Positions 38,054 to 47,358 of a DNA stretch of 64,000 nucleotides are shown one piece after another. Source of the DNA: Labedaea sp. (GTDB lineage Bacteria > Actinomycetota > Actinomycetes > Mycobacteriales > Pseudonocardiaceae); the NCBI GenBank assembly GCA_045806965.1, contig JBJMIG010000059.1, positions 2,656 to 66,655 of the forward strand, in the 5' to 3' direction. The translations under genes and the position numbers were made by a program. The notes under the pieces are model-generated. The model searched no databases. It was not told where the DNA came from and worked only from the letters and a program-made list of their open reading frames with translations. The stretch's first letter is position 1. Every line of letters starts with the position of its first letter.

Positions 38054-38444
38054 CCCTTGTACCACCGAACGCGGCCGCCACCTCTTCGTCGGTGTACCCG
38101 TATGCCTTCGCGCTGTCCCCGCATTGCCGCGCCAGCTTGTACAAGCCGTCGATGTACTGCTTGATCCGATTGGCATAGGAGTTCTCGTGCTCCACGAGGA
38201 GGTCATTCCAAGCCGGCGCGATCCGGATGCTGACGTCGTCGTCGCCCGGCGGCACGACCCGCAGGTCGCCATACCCAGTCCGCAGCTTTTCGTGGAGAAC
38301 GTCCGCCTGGGTTTGGATGATTTTGGCGGCGGCCAGGACGTTGTCCTTGCTCACCGCGAAGGTGTTGGTGGTGAGGGTGGTTGCCTGGTCGAGTTGGGCG
38401 AAGGCGGTGCTGAGTCCCTGGCCGATCTCGCCTGGAAGTTCCAT
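38046..38444 (-). CDS. PE-like helical hairpin protein (non-mycobacterial PE domain)
   Basis: 132 aa, GGGGAGG RBS. PGDDDVS motif comparable to the PE AADEVS region. C-terminal YGYTDEE matches the YxxxD/E export motif. Confidence 0.55.
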   Translation of the reverse strand: MELPGEIGQGLSTAFAQLDQATTLTTNTFAVSKDNVLAAAKIIQTQADVLHEKLRTGYGDLRVVPPGDDDVSIRIAPAWNDLLVEHENSYANRIKQYIDGLYKLARQCGDSAKAYGYTDEEVAAAFGGTRGA

Positions 38445-38538
38445 GAGTGCCTCCCCGCCTGGTGCGCTGGCCGCAGGTTATCAAGTCGCGGGTATGAGCC
38501 AGTTTAGGTTGGACGCACTGCCCCGGTCGGGGGTTCCC

Positions 38539-39786
38539 CTAACGGGTGGCGGGGATGGCCCGCAGGGCGATGTCGGTGCGGTGATGGGAACCGGCCAGGT
38601 GGACCCGGGAAACGCGCTGGTAGGCCACGTCACGAGCGGACTCGATGGTCGGCGCCACGCCGACCACCGACAACACCCGCCCGCCCGCGGACACGATCGC
38701 ACCGTCCTCGCGGCGGCGGGTTCCGGCGTGCAGCACCCCCTCGGCATCGGCGCCGGTGATCAGGTCGCCGGTATGCGGGCGGCCCGGATACCCGTCGGCG
38801 GCGACCACCACGGTCACCGCGAAGTCGCCGGACCACTCCAGCGGCGGCTGCTCCGCCAGGGTGCCGGTGGCCACCGCGTGCAACAGCCCGGCCAACGGGG
38901 TGCGCAGCAGCGGCAGGATCACCTGGGTCTCCGGGTCACCGAAGCGGCAGTTGAACTCGATCACCTGCGGGCCGGACGCGGTCAGCACCAGGCCCGCGTA
39001 CAGCAAACCGGCGAACGGCGTACCGCGCCGGGCAAGCTCGGCGGCCACCGGGGCCACAACATCGCGCACCACCTGGTCGGCCAGCCCCGGGTCGGCCCAC
39101 GGCAGCGGGGCGTAGGCGCCCATGCCGCCGGTGTTCGGACCGGCGTCGCCGTCGCCGACCCGCTTGTAGTCCTGTGCCGGCAGCAGTGCGACCACGGTGT
39201 CACCGTCGACCAAGCAGAACAGCGACACCTCCTGACCCTCCAGGAACGACTCGAGCAACACCGGGTGGCCGGCCTCGAGCAGCGCCATCGCGTGCGCCCG
39301 TGCGGCCGCGACATCGGCGGTGACCACGACACCCTTGCCGGCGGCCAGGCCGTCGTCCTTGACCACCCAGGTCGGGCCGAACCGGGCAAGCGCGGCGTCG
39401 AGCCGGGCCGGGTTGTCCACCACTTCGGCGTGCGCCGTCGGCACCCCCGCCGCCGTCATGATCTCCTTGGCGAACGCCTTGGAGCCCTCGATCCTGGCCG
39501 CCTCGGCGGACGGCCCGAAGGCGGCGATGCCGGCCGCGCGCACCGCGTCGGCGACGCCGGCGACCAGCGGAACCTCGGGACCGATCACCACCAGATCGGC
39601 CGACCATCGCGCGGCCAGCGCGGCCACCGCCGCCGGCCCGGCGGCGTCGACGCCGTAGGACTCGGCCAGCGCGGCGGTGCCCGCATTGCCGGGAGCGCAG
39701 GCCAGCGCGGTCACCGCAGGGTCGTGCGACAACGCGAGCACGAGGGCGTGCTCGCGTGCTCCGGACCCGATCACCAGTACCCGCAC
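38539..39786 (-). CDS. purD: phosphoribosylamine-glycine ligase
   Basis: (M)[15 protein letters not shown]-terminus and ATP-grasp body. GTG 39786 is preferred over the track TTG 39792. Confidence 0.92.
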   Translation of the reverse strand: MRVLVIGSGAREHALVLALSHDPAVTALACAPGNAGTAALAESYGVDAAGPAAVAALAARWSADLVVIGPEVPLVAGVADAVRAAGIAAFGPSAEAARIEGSKAFAKEIMTAAGVPTAHAEVVDNPARLDAALARFGPTWVVKDDGLAAGKGVVVTADVAAARAHAMALLEAGHPVLLESFLEGQEVSLFCLVDGDTVVALLPAQDYKRVGDGDAGPNTGGMGAYAPLPWADPGLADQVVRDVVAPVAAELARRGTPFAGLLYAGLVLTASGPQVIEFNCRFGDPETQVILPLLRTPLAGLLHAVATGTLAEQPPLEWSGDFAVTVVVAADGYPGRPHTGDLITGADAEGVLHAGTRRREDGAIVSAGGRVLSVVGVAPTIESARDVAYQRVSRVHLAGSHHRTDIALRAIPATR

Positions 39787-39820
39787 GGTCAACGAGCCTA
39801 GGCCATGCCGCGCGGCCCGG

Positions 39821-40822
39821 TCAGCCGGCGGCGAGGGCCTGCCTGGCGCCCGGATGCAGCGGAACCGGGCCGGTCTGACCGGCCTTGCCCCGGTCGAGTT
39901 CCTTGGCCGCCGGGTGCACCTTCACCAGCTCGTCCTTCTTGTCGAAGATCAACTTGGTGATGGCGCAGGCGTTGCCGGCCGGGAAGTCGTCGCGGACCAG
40001 CAACACGTTGGGCACCACGATGGTCGGCACGTCGGCGGCGAGCCCGTAGCTGGCCGCCGGGATGCTGCCCCTGTCGTACACCTGGTTGATCTTCTTCATG
40101 GCGTCCAGCTGCGGGGTGATGTCGATGAACTTCACCCCATCGCGTAGTGACGTGGTCAGGTCGGTGATCTCCGGGGTCGGCAGGCCGCCGGACCAGACCA
40201 ACCCGTCGAGCTGCCCGGCCTTCATGCCGTCCACCGTCTGCCGCAGCGCCAGGCGCACCGCGGAGACGTCCTTGGCCGGATCCAGGCCGGCCGCCTGGAG
40301 CAGCCGGTTCGCGATCACCTCGGTACCGGACTTGGGCGAGCCGGTGGAGATCTTCTTGCCCCGCAGGTCCGCCACGCTGTTGATGCCGCTGCCGGTCCGA
40401 ACCACGACGTGCGTGTAGTTCGAGTAGATCCGGGCCAGCGCGGCGATCCGCTGCGGCTTGGCGAAGCTCTCCTTGCCGTTGACCGCGTCGGCCGCGGTGT
40501 CGGCCAGCGCGAACGCCACGTCGTAGTCGCCCTTGACCAGCTGCTGGATGTTCTGCACGGAGGCGGTGGTCTCCGCCGCGGTCGCCTTCAGCTTCGTGTT
40601 GCCGCTGATCAGCTGGGCCAGCCCGCCGCCGAGGGTGTAGTAGACACCGCCGGTGTTGCCGGTGGCGATGGTGATCCGGCCGTTCGCGGCCTCGCACGGC
40701 ACCGACTGACCCGACGGCGCGCCGGCGCCGGAGGAGGTGTCCGCCCGCTTCCCGCCGCACGCCGTGGCGAGCAGCCCGATGATCAGTGCGCCGGCCAGGA
40801 TCGACGACTTACGCGTTGGCAC
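39821..40822 (-). CDS. TAXI-family TRAP transporter solute-binding lipoprotein
   Basis: Lipobox [24 protein letters not shown] motif typical of TAXI receptors. Confidence 0.85.
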   Translation of the reverse strand: MPTRKSSILAGALIIGLLATACGGKRADTSSGAGAPSGQSVPCEAANGRITIATGNTGGVYYTLGGGLAQLISGNTKLKATAAETTASVQNIQQLVKGDYDVAFALADTAADAVNGKESFAKPQRIAALARIYSNYTHVVVRTGSGINSVADLRGKKISTGSPKSGTEVIANRLLQAAGLDPAKDVSAVRLALRQTVDGMKAGQLDGLVWSGGLPTPEITDLTTSLRDGVKFIDITPQLDAMKKINQVYDRGSIPAASYGLAADVPTIVVPNVLLVRDDFPAGNACAITKLIFDKKDELVKVHPAAKELDRGKAGQTGPVPLHPGARQALAAG

Positions 40823-42860
40823 GATTCATCTCCTTGTCCGATTCCCCGCCCGGGTTGACGTCGCGCGTCCGGGTCGCCAGGTGCACGACGACCGCGGCTG
40901 CGGCGCAGGCGAGACCGATCCCGATGGAGATCGGCTGCAGGTAGAGCAGGAGCAGCGCGGCCGGCAGGCAGAGCAGCCGTTCCGGCCAAGCGGCCGGGCC
41001 GAGCAGCCAGCCGCCGGTGACCACGGCGAGGGCGGCGACGCCGAGCGCGGACACGGCGGTCACCCAGACCACGTCCAGCGGGCCGCGCCGCAGCAGCAGC
41101 GCCGAGCCGTTGTCGGTGAGCACGAAGGCGATCGGCACCAGGAACGCCGGCAACGTGTACTTCCAGGTTTGCCACATGGTGCGCAGCACCGAGCCGCCGG
41201 TGATCGCGGCCGCGGCCACGGCGGCCAGCGCGGTCGGCGGGGTCACCTCGGAGAGCACCGCGTAGTAGAAGATGAACATCGCCACCTCGGCCGGCGCCGC
41301 ACCGAGGTCGAGCAGTGCCGGGCCGAGCACCACCCAGGCGATGATGAACGAGGCGGTGACCGGCACCGCGAGGCCGAGCACGCCCACCGCGACCGCGGCG
41401 AACACGACCGTGAGCACCAGCACCACGGTCGGGTCGCTGGACAATGCTTTCGCCGCCGCCACAAGGGCGTCCGCCAGTTCCTGGCCGAGCCCGGTCTTGG
41501 TGATCACGGACGTGATCACGCCGGCCGCCGCGCAGACCGCGATCACCGGCAGGGCGCCGCGAATACCCTCGGCCAGCGCGTCGGCCAGCGAACGTAACCA
41601 GCGCGGCACCGCCACGCCCGGCCCGCCCGCGGCCCGCGCCTCGATCAGCCGGGAGACCAGGGCGAACAGCGCGGCCACCCCGGTGGCATAGACCACCGCG
41701 GTGAACGGCGGAATGTCCAGCGCCAGGAACACCACGATGACGGCCAGCGAGGCGAAGTGGTGGATGCCGCGCTTGAGCACCGCCCCGGCGGGCGGCACGT
41801 CCACCTCGACCGCGTTCGCGCCGAACCGCCGGGCGTCGATCTCCACGGCGAGCGCGATGCCCAGGTAGTACAGCAGGGTCGGAATCGTCGCCCAGATCAT
41901 CACCGTGAGGTAGGACGTCTGAAGGTACTCGGCGATGATGAACGCGGCGGCGCCGAGCGTCGGCGGGGACAGGATCGCGCCGATGCCGGAGGCGGCGAGC
42001 AGGCCACCGGCGTTCTCCTTCGGATAGCCCGCTCTACGCAGCACCGGCCAGGTGATCGCGCCGAGCGTGACGGTGGTCGCCGTGCCAGAGCCGGAGACCG
42101 TGCCGAGCAGGAAGCCGGAGAGCGCCGCGGTGCGTCCCGGCGCGGTGCGGGACCTGCGGAACAGCGCGAAGCTGAAGTCCACGAAGAACTTCCCGGCACC
42201 CGAAGAGTTGAGCACCGCGCCGTAGATGGTGAACAGCACGATGTAGCTGGCCGCGACATCGAGCGGAATCCCGAAGAACCCGCTGGCGTCGTTGAACAGC
42301 CCGTTGAGGATCTGGCTGTAGTCGAAGCCGGCGTGCGCGATGCCCCAGTTCTGCGGCAGGTAGCCGCCGTAGTAGGCGTAGGCCAGGAACATCAGGCACA
42401 CCACGGGAAGCACCAGACCGGTGGTCCGCCTGGTCGCGTCGAGGACGAGCAACAGCAGCAGGGTGCCGAACAGGATGTCCATAATGGACAGTTGGCCGCC
42501 GCGGTCGAGGAACGCGTCGTAGCCACCGGACAGCGGCAGCACCGGGTAGAGCCCGGCGAGCAGGGCGAGCACCGCGAGCGCCATGTCGAGGATGCCCGGG
42601 TTGTCCCGGTCGGCCGCACCGCGGCGACGCGCGATCGGCCGGTAGGTGAGGAACACCAGCGGCAGCGTGGTCCCGAGGAAGATCACCAGGTAGAACACGT
42701 TGCCCTTGGCTAACGGCACGAAGACCTGCTTGAGCACCAGCAGCGCGACGGCGATCGAGACCGCCAAGACGAACCGGTCCCAGCGCGGGCCCAGCCGGCG
42801 AGCGGGGCGCTCCTCCTCCTGGGCGCCAACCGACTCCAACACGTCCGGCTCGTGAATCAT
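40809..42860 (-). CDS. TRAP transporter fused permease (TAXI-associated)
   Basis: About 680 aa and highly hydrophobic. Stop overlaps the TAXI gene start by 14 nt. Start is ATG 42860 or 42890. The track start at 43145 is over-extended into the glpQ region. Confidence 0.85.
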   Translation of the reverse strand: MIHEPDVLESVGAQEEERPARRLGPRWDRFVLAVSIAVALLVLKQVFVPLAKGNVFYLVIFLGTTLPLVFLTYRPIARRRGAADRDNPGILDMALAVLALLAGLYPVLPLSGGYDAFLDRGGQLSIMDILFGTLLLLLVLDATRRTTGLVLPVVCLMFLAYAYYGGYLPQNWGIAHAGFDYSQILNGLFNDASGFFGIPLDVAASYIVLFTIYGAVLNSSGAGKFFVDFSFALFRRSRTAPGRTAALSGFLLGTVSGSGTATTVTLGAITWPVLRRAGYPKENAGGLLAASGIGAILSPPTLGAAAFIIAEYLQTSYLTVMIWATIPTLLYYLGIALAVEIDARRFGANAVEVDVPPAGAVLKRGIHHFASLAVIVVFLALDIPPFTAVVYATGVAALFALVSRLIEARAAGGPGVAVPRWLRSLADALAEGIRGALPVIAVCAAAGVITSVITKTGLGQELADALVAAAKALSSDPTVVLVLTVVFAAVAVGVLGLAVPVTASFIIAWVVLGPALLDLGAAPAEVAMFIFYYAVLSEVTPPTALAAVAAAAITGGSVLRTMWQTWKYTLPAFLVPIAFVLTDNGSALLLRRGPLDVVWVTAVSALGVAALAVVTGGWLLGPAAWPERLLCLPAALLLLYLQPISIGIGLACAAAAVVVHLATRTRDVNPGGESDKEMNRANA

Positions 42861-43008
42861 CAACGGCAACCTACCCGCGACCGGTGCCATTCCGACAGTT
42901 TCGTACGTATCGTCAACGGGCGTTACGGCCACGTGACCTCGCCCGTTGCGTGGTGTTCGCCTTGATCGGTAACGATCCGCTGGCTGTTTCGAGCGAAGAG
43001 GAGACCTC

Positions 43009-44124
43009 ATGGGTTCGAAGATCCTGCGCATGTCGGTGCTCGCGGCGGCGATGTTCGCGCTGGTCGGCGGCGCGTCCGCGGTGGTGGCACAACCGTCCGC
43101 GCCGGCCGGTGCGGACGGCGCGCGACACAGCCGGCCACTGATCATCGGCCACCGCGGGGCGTCCGGCTACCGGCCGGAGCACACCCTGGCGTCTTACGAG
43201 CTGGCCGCCAGGATGGGCGCGGACTACGTCGAGCCGGATCTGGTGCCCACAAAGGACGGTGTGCTGGTGGCCAGGCACGAGCCGGAGATCAGCGGCACCA
43301 CCGACGTGTCGCGGCATCCCGAGTTCGCCGCGCGGCGGACCACCAAGTCGCTGGACGGGGTGGCCACCACCGGCTGGTTCACCGAGGACTTCACCCTGGC
43401 CGAGCTGAAGACGCTGCGCGCGGTGGAGCGGCTGCCCGACGTCCGGCAGCACAACACCGTGTTCAACGGCCGCTACCAGGTGCCCACCTTCCAGGAGGTG
43501 ATCGACCTGGTCAAGCGGCTGTCCCACGAGCTGCACCGGGACATCGGCATCTACCCGGAGACCAAGCACCCCACGTTCTTCCGCAAGCAGGGCCTCGCGC
43601 TCGAGCCGAAGCTGGTCGACGCGCTGAACCGCAACGGGCTCAACCACGCCGGCGCCAAGGTGTTCGTGCAGTCCTTCGAGGTGTCCAACCTCAAGGCGCT
43701 CGACCGGCAACTGCGGGTGCCGTTGGTGCAGCTGACCTCGGCAACCGGCGCGCCGTTCGACTTCGTGGACAGCGGCGACCCGCGCACCTATGCCGACCTG
43801 GTCACCCCGGCGGGGCTGCGCGAGGTGGCCGGCTACGCGGCCGGGATCGGGCCGGACAAGCTCCAGGTCATTCCCCGGGACGCGGCCGGCAACCTCGCTG
43901 CGCCGACCAACCTGGTGCGGGACGCGCACCGGGCCGGGCTGACCCTGCACCCGTACACCTTCCGCGCGGAGAACACCTTCCTGCCGGCCAACCTGCGCTC
44001 CTCGGCCAACCCGACCGACTACGGCAACCTGTTCGCCGAGATCCAGGCGTACTTCGCCGCCGGCGTCGACGGCCTGTTCACCGACAACACCGACATCGGC
44101 GTGGCGACCCGAGCCGAGTCCTGA
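43009..44124 (+). CDS. glpQ: secreted glycerophosphodiester phosphodiesterase
   Basis: ATG after GAGGAG. Signal peptide. IIGHRGASGYRPEHT and EPDLVPTKDG motifs. Confidence 0.9.
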   Translation: MGSKILRMSVLAAAMFALVGGASAVVAQPSAPAGADGARHSRPLIIGHRGASGYRPEHTLASYELAARMGADYVEPDLVPTKDGVLVARHEPEISGTTDVSRHPEFAARRTTKSLDGVATTGWFTEDFTLAELKTLRAVERLPDVRQHNTVFNGRYQVPTFQEVIDLVKRLSHELHRDIGIYPETKHPTFFRKQGLALEPKLVDALNRNGLNHAGAKVFVQSFEVSNLKALDRQLRVPLVQLTSATGAPFDFVDSGDPRTYADLVTPAGLREVAGYAAGIGPDKLQVIPRDAAGNLAAPTNLVRDAHRAGLTLHPYTFRAENTFLPANLRSSANPTDYGNLFAEIQAYFAAGVDGLFTDNTDIGVATRAES

Positions 44125-44138
44125 CCGCGGCCACCGGG

Positions 44139-44167
44139 TACGGCGCCGGCAACACACCGGCGCCGTA
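44139..44167 (+). terminator. hairpin downstream of glpQ (candidate intrinsic terminator)
   Basis: 11-bp perfect stem TACGGCGCCGG / CCGGCGCCGTA with loop CAACACA, 15 nt after the glpQ stop. No strong U-tract. The right arm is read from the version implied by the ORF track. Confidence 0.45.
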
Positions 44168-44184
44168 TCTGGCACGATTGGGGA

Positions 44185-47100
44185 GTGGGCTTCGGTGAGG
44201 AGCTGCGGGTTCGGCGAGTCCGGGCCGGGTTGACCCAGCGGGACTTGGCGCAGCGGGCCGGGGTGAGCGTGCGGGCGGTGCGCTACATCGAGCAGGGACG
44301 GGTGGCCCGGCCGCGATCCGAGTCACTGCGGCGGTTGGGCGAGGCGGTCGGGCTCAGCGTCGACGGCGCTGCGCGGGTGTCGATCAGGGTGCTCGGCCGG
44401 CTCGACGCGGACCGGGGCGGGCGGACGTTGGACATCGGCACCTACAAGCCGAGGGCCCTGCTCGGGCTGCTTGCGCTGCGCGCCAACACCATCGTGTCGC
44501 AGGCCGAGATCGTCGACGGGCTGTGGGGCGACGCACCGCCGGAAAGCTGCCAGAACCTGGTGCACACCTACGTCTCGCGACTGCGCCGGGTGATCGGCCC
44601 GGATCTGTTGCGCTCCGCGCGGCTCGGCGGGTACCGGCTTGACGTCGAGCCGGACCAGCTTGACCTGCTTCGGTTTCGCGAGCTGACCGAGCGCGCCGAC
44701 CAGGCGCGGCACCGCGAGCCGCGGCTCGCCGCCGCGCTGTTCGAGCAGGCGCTCGACCTCTGGCGCGGGCCGCTGCTCGACGACCTGCCGGCCGGCATCC
44801 GGACGCACCCGGTGGCCACCGCGATCAGCGCCCGGCGACTGGGGACCGCGCTGCACTACGCCGATCTCGCCGCCCCGGCAGGGCGCGCGGTGACCCGGCT
44901 GCGCGCGCTGACCGGCGAGGAGCCGCTGCACGAGGGGCTGCACGCCCGGCTGATGCTGGCCCTCGCCGGCTCCGGTGAGCAGGCCGCCGCGCTGCGGCTG
45001 TTCACCGAGATCCGGTCGCGGTTGGCCGACGAGCTCGGGGTCGGGCCGGGAGCCGAGATCCGGGCCGCGCACCTGTCCATCCTCCGACGCTCGGAGTCCA
45101 CAGTAGACCGAATGCGTGCCCCGGCGCAGTTGCCCGCCGACGTGGCCGGGTTCGCCGGGCGGGCCGAGCACCTTGGCCGGCTGGACGCACTGCTCGGCGG
45201 CCGGGAGCGAGACACCGCGGTGCGCATCGCGGTGATCACCGGAACCCCCGGCGTCGGGAAGACCGCGGTCGCGGTGCACTGGGCGCACCGGGTGCGCAAG
45301 GAGTTCCCGGACGGCCAGTTGCACGTGGACCTGCGCGGGTACACGGGCGGACCGCCGGTGCGGCCGCTCGAGGCGTTGACCCGGTTCCTGCGCGCGCTCG
45401 GCGTGCCGGCCGAGCGCGTGCCGGTGGACCCGGAGGAGGCGGCCAACCTCTACCGCACCCAGCTCGCCGACCGCAGAGTCCTTGTCCTGCTTGACAACGC
45501 GGCCAGTGCGGACCAGGTCCGCCCGCTGCTGCCCGGCAACCCCGGCTGCCTGGTGGTGGTGACCAGCCGAGACCGGCTGACCGGACTGGTGGCCCGGGAG
45601 GGCGCGCACCGGCTCGGTCTCGACGTGCTCGACGAGGACGACTCGACCGCGCTGCTGGCCCGCATGCTCGGCACCGGCCGGGTGCGCGCCGAACCGCAGG
45701 CGGCCGCCGAGCTGGGCCGGATCTGCGCGCACCTCCCGCTGGCCCTGCGGATCGCCGCGGCCAACCTGGGCACCGCGCCGGGCCGCCGGATCTCCGACCA
45801 CGTCACCGAACTGCGCGCGCACGGCCGGGTGATCTCCACCGACGAGAGCGACCGGGGCGCGGTCCGCGCCGCGTTCGAAACCTCCTACGCCCGGCTGGAG
45901 CCAGGCACCCGCCGGATGTTCCGGTTGCTCGGCCTGGTTCCCGGGCCGGACTTCACCACGGACGCCGCCGCCGCGCTGGCCGGCGGCTCGGTGGACGGCG
46001 CGCGCCGCGCGGTAGGCCAACTCGCCGCCGCGCACCTGGTCGCGGCGCCGGCCGCCGGCCGTTACCAGTTCCACGACCTGCTCCGGGACTACGCCGCCGG
46101 CCTGGCCAGGTTCGAGGACGCCGACGAGTGCGACTCCGCGGTGGACCGGTTGCAGGACTTCTACCTGCACACCGCGGACCGGGCCACCCGGCTGCTCTAC
46201 CCGTCCGCGCTGCGGCTGCCGGCCGGCCCGGGCACCAGCCGGGTCACGCTCGACTCCGAGCGTGCGGCGATCGACTGGCTTGAGGCCGAGCGGGCGAACC
46301 TGGTCGCTGCCACCGGGCCCGGGTTCGGCGTGCCGAGCTACGCCTGGCGCATCGCTGACACCCTGCGCGGCTGGTTCGTCAGCCGGGGACACGGCGCGGA
46401 CGGGCTGGCCGTCTGCCGAACCGCACTGGCCGCCGCCGAGCGGGCCGGGGACCAGGCCGGCCAGGCGTCGGCGTACGACGTGCTCGGGCTGACCCACTAC
46501 AACCTCGGCGAGCTGCGCCGGGCCATCGCCTGCCACGCCGAGGCGCTGGCCATCAGCCGGCGGATCGGGAATCCGGCCGCCGAGGCCAGCGCGCTGCACA
46601 ACGTCGGCCGGGCCTGCGCGCATCTCGGCCAGCCGGCCCGCGCGATCCGTTTTCACCAGGAGGCGCTGGAGATCAACCGGCGGATCGGGAACCGGCACGG
46701 CGAGGCGATGACGCTCAACTACCTCGGCTCGGCGGCGCTGGTGCTCGGCTCCCCTGGCAGGGCCAGGGCCTGCTCCATCGCGGCGTTACGCCTGGCCAGG
46801 GAGATCGGCGACCGGTACGTGCAGGTCCGTGCGCTGAACAGTCTCGGCCTGATCCACTGGGCCGCGATGGGGGGCTATCCGGCCGCCGAGGGCTACTTCA
46901 CCAGGGCGCTGGCGCTCGCCAGGGAGATCGGCTTCTGCTACGGCGAGGCCTCCGTCCTCATCGGACTGTCCAGGGTGTGCCGGTGCACCGGGCGGCCGGC
47001 CGAGGCGATCGGGTACTGCGCCGAGGCACTGGCCGTCATGCGCGACCGCGGCATCCGGCTGTTCGAGGGCCGGGCGCTGACCGAACTCGCCCAGGCGCAC

Positions 47101-47334
47101 CTTCAGCTCGGCGACGTCGGCGCGGCGGCGGCGCACGCCGGGCAGGCGCTGGACGTGGTACGCGACCGCGAGCAGCGGCTGATCGAGGCCCGCGCGCTCC
47201 AGGTGCTGGGGTTGGCCAGGAAGGCCGGCGGCGAGGGCGACGCGGCGCGCGCCCACTGGCGGGCGGCGCTGGCGATCTACACCGACATCGGCGCGCCCGA
47301 GGAGCGAACGGTGCGCACCCTGCTCGCCGCGTAG
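44185..47334 (+). CDS. XRE-HTH / SARP (OmpR-type winged helix + BTAD) / NB-ARC ATPase / TPR multidomain regulator
   Basis: N-terminus LRVRRVRAGLTQRDLAQRAGVSVRAVRYIEQG (XRE HTH). Then the SARP DNA-binding and BTAD region (LLDLLRFRELTERA...), P-loop GTPGVGKTAVA, and multiple C-terminal TPR-like repeats. Confidence 0.85.
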   Translation: MGFGEELRVRRVRAGLTQRDLAQRAGVSVRAVRYIEQGRVARPRSESLRRLGEAVGLSVDGAARVSIRVLGRLDADRGGRTLDIGTYKPRALLGLLALRANTIVSQAEIVDGLWGDAPPESCQNLVHTYVSRLRRVIGPDLLRSARLGGYRLDVEPDQLDLLRFRELTERADQARHREPRLAAALFEQALDLWRGPLLDDLPAGIRTHPVATAISARRLGTALHYADLAAPAGRAVTRLRALTGEEPLHEGLHARLMLALAGSGEQAAALRLFTEIRSRLADELGVGPGAEIRAAHLSILRRSESTVDRMRAPAQLPADVAGFAGRAEHLGRLDALLGGRERDTAVRIAVITGTPGVGKTAVAVHWAHRVRKEFPDGQLHVDLRGYTGGPPVRPLEALTRFLRALGVPAERVPVDPEEAANLYRTQLADRRVLVLLDNAASADQVRPLLPGNPGCLVVVTSRDRLTGLVAREGAHRLGLDVLDEDDSTALLARMLGTGRVRAEPQAAAELGRICAHLPLALRIAAANLGTAPGRRISDHVTELRAHGRVISTDESDRGAVRAAFETSYARLEPGTRRMFRLLGLVPGPDFTTDAAAALAGGSVDGARRAVGQLAAAHLVAAPAAGRYQFHDLLRDYAAGLARFEDADECDSAVDRLQDFYLHTADRATRLLYPSALRLPAGPGTSRVTLDSERAAIDWLEAERANLVAATGPGFGVPSYAWRIADTLRGWFVSRGHGADGLAVCRTALAAAERAGDQAGQASAYDVLGLTHYNLGELRRAIACHAEALAISRRIGNPAAEASALHNVGRACAHLGQPARAIRFHQEALEINRRIGNRHGEAMTLNYLGSAALVLGSPGRARACSIAALRLAREIGDRYVQVRALNSLGLIHWAAMGGYPAAEGYFTRALALAREIGFCYGEASVLIGLSRVCRCTGRPAEAIGYCAEALAVMRDRGIRLFEGRALTELAQAHLQLGDVGAAAAHAGQALDVVRDREQRLIEARALQVLGLARKAGGEGDAARAHWRAALAIYTDIGAPEERTVRTLLAA

Positions 47335-47358
47335 CGCACGCGACGGAGATCGCTCCCA

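Noticed and set aside
42950-43000. PHO box upstream of glpQ (GTTCGCC resembles the GTTCACC direct-repeat unit)
   Set aside because: Only one unit is present, with a mismatch, and there is no second unit at 11-nt spacing.
44161-44221. Apparent 1-nt discrepancy between my reading of the printed bases (caccgg gccgta ... gagtcc cggg) and both ORF-track translations here, which imply caccggCgccgta and gagtccggg. If real, it would look like a frameshift at the 5' end of the XRE-SARP gene.
   Set aside because: The plus and minus track ORFs are mutually consistent. The track version also makes the glpQ terminator stem a perfect 11-bp palindrome. I therefore attribute the discrepancy to my own reading of that line and kept the track coordinates.
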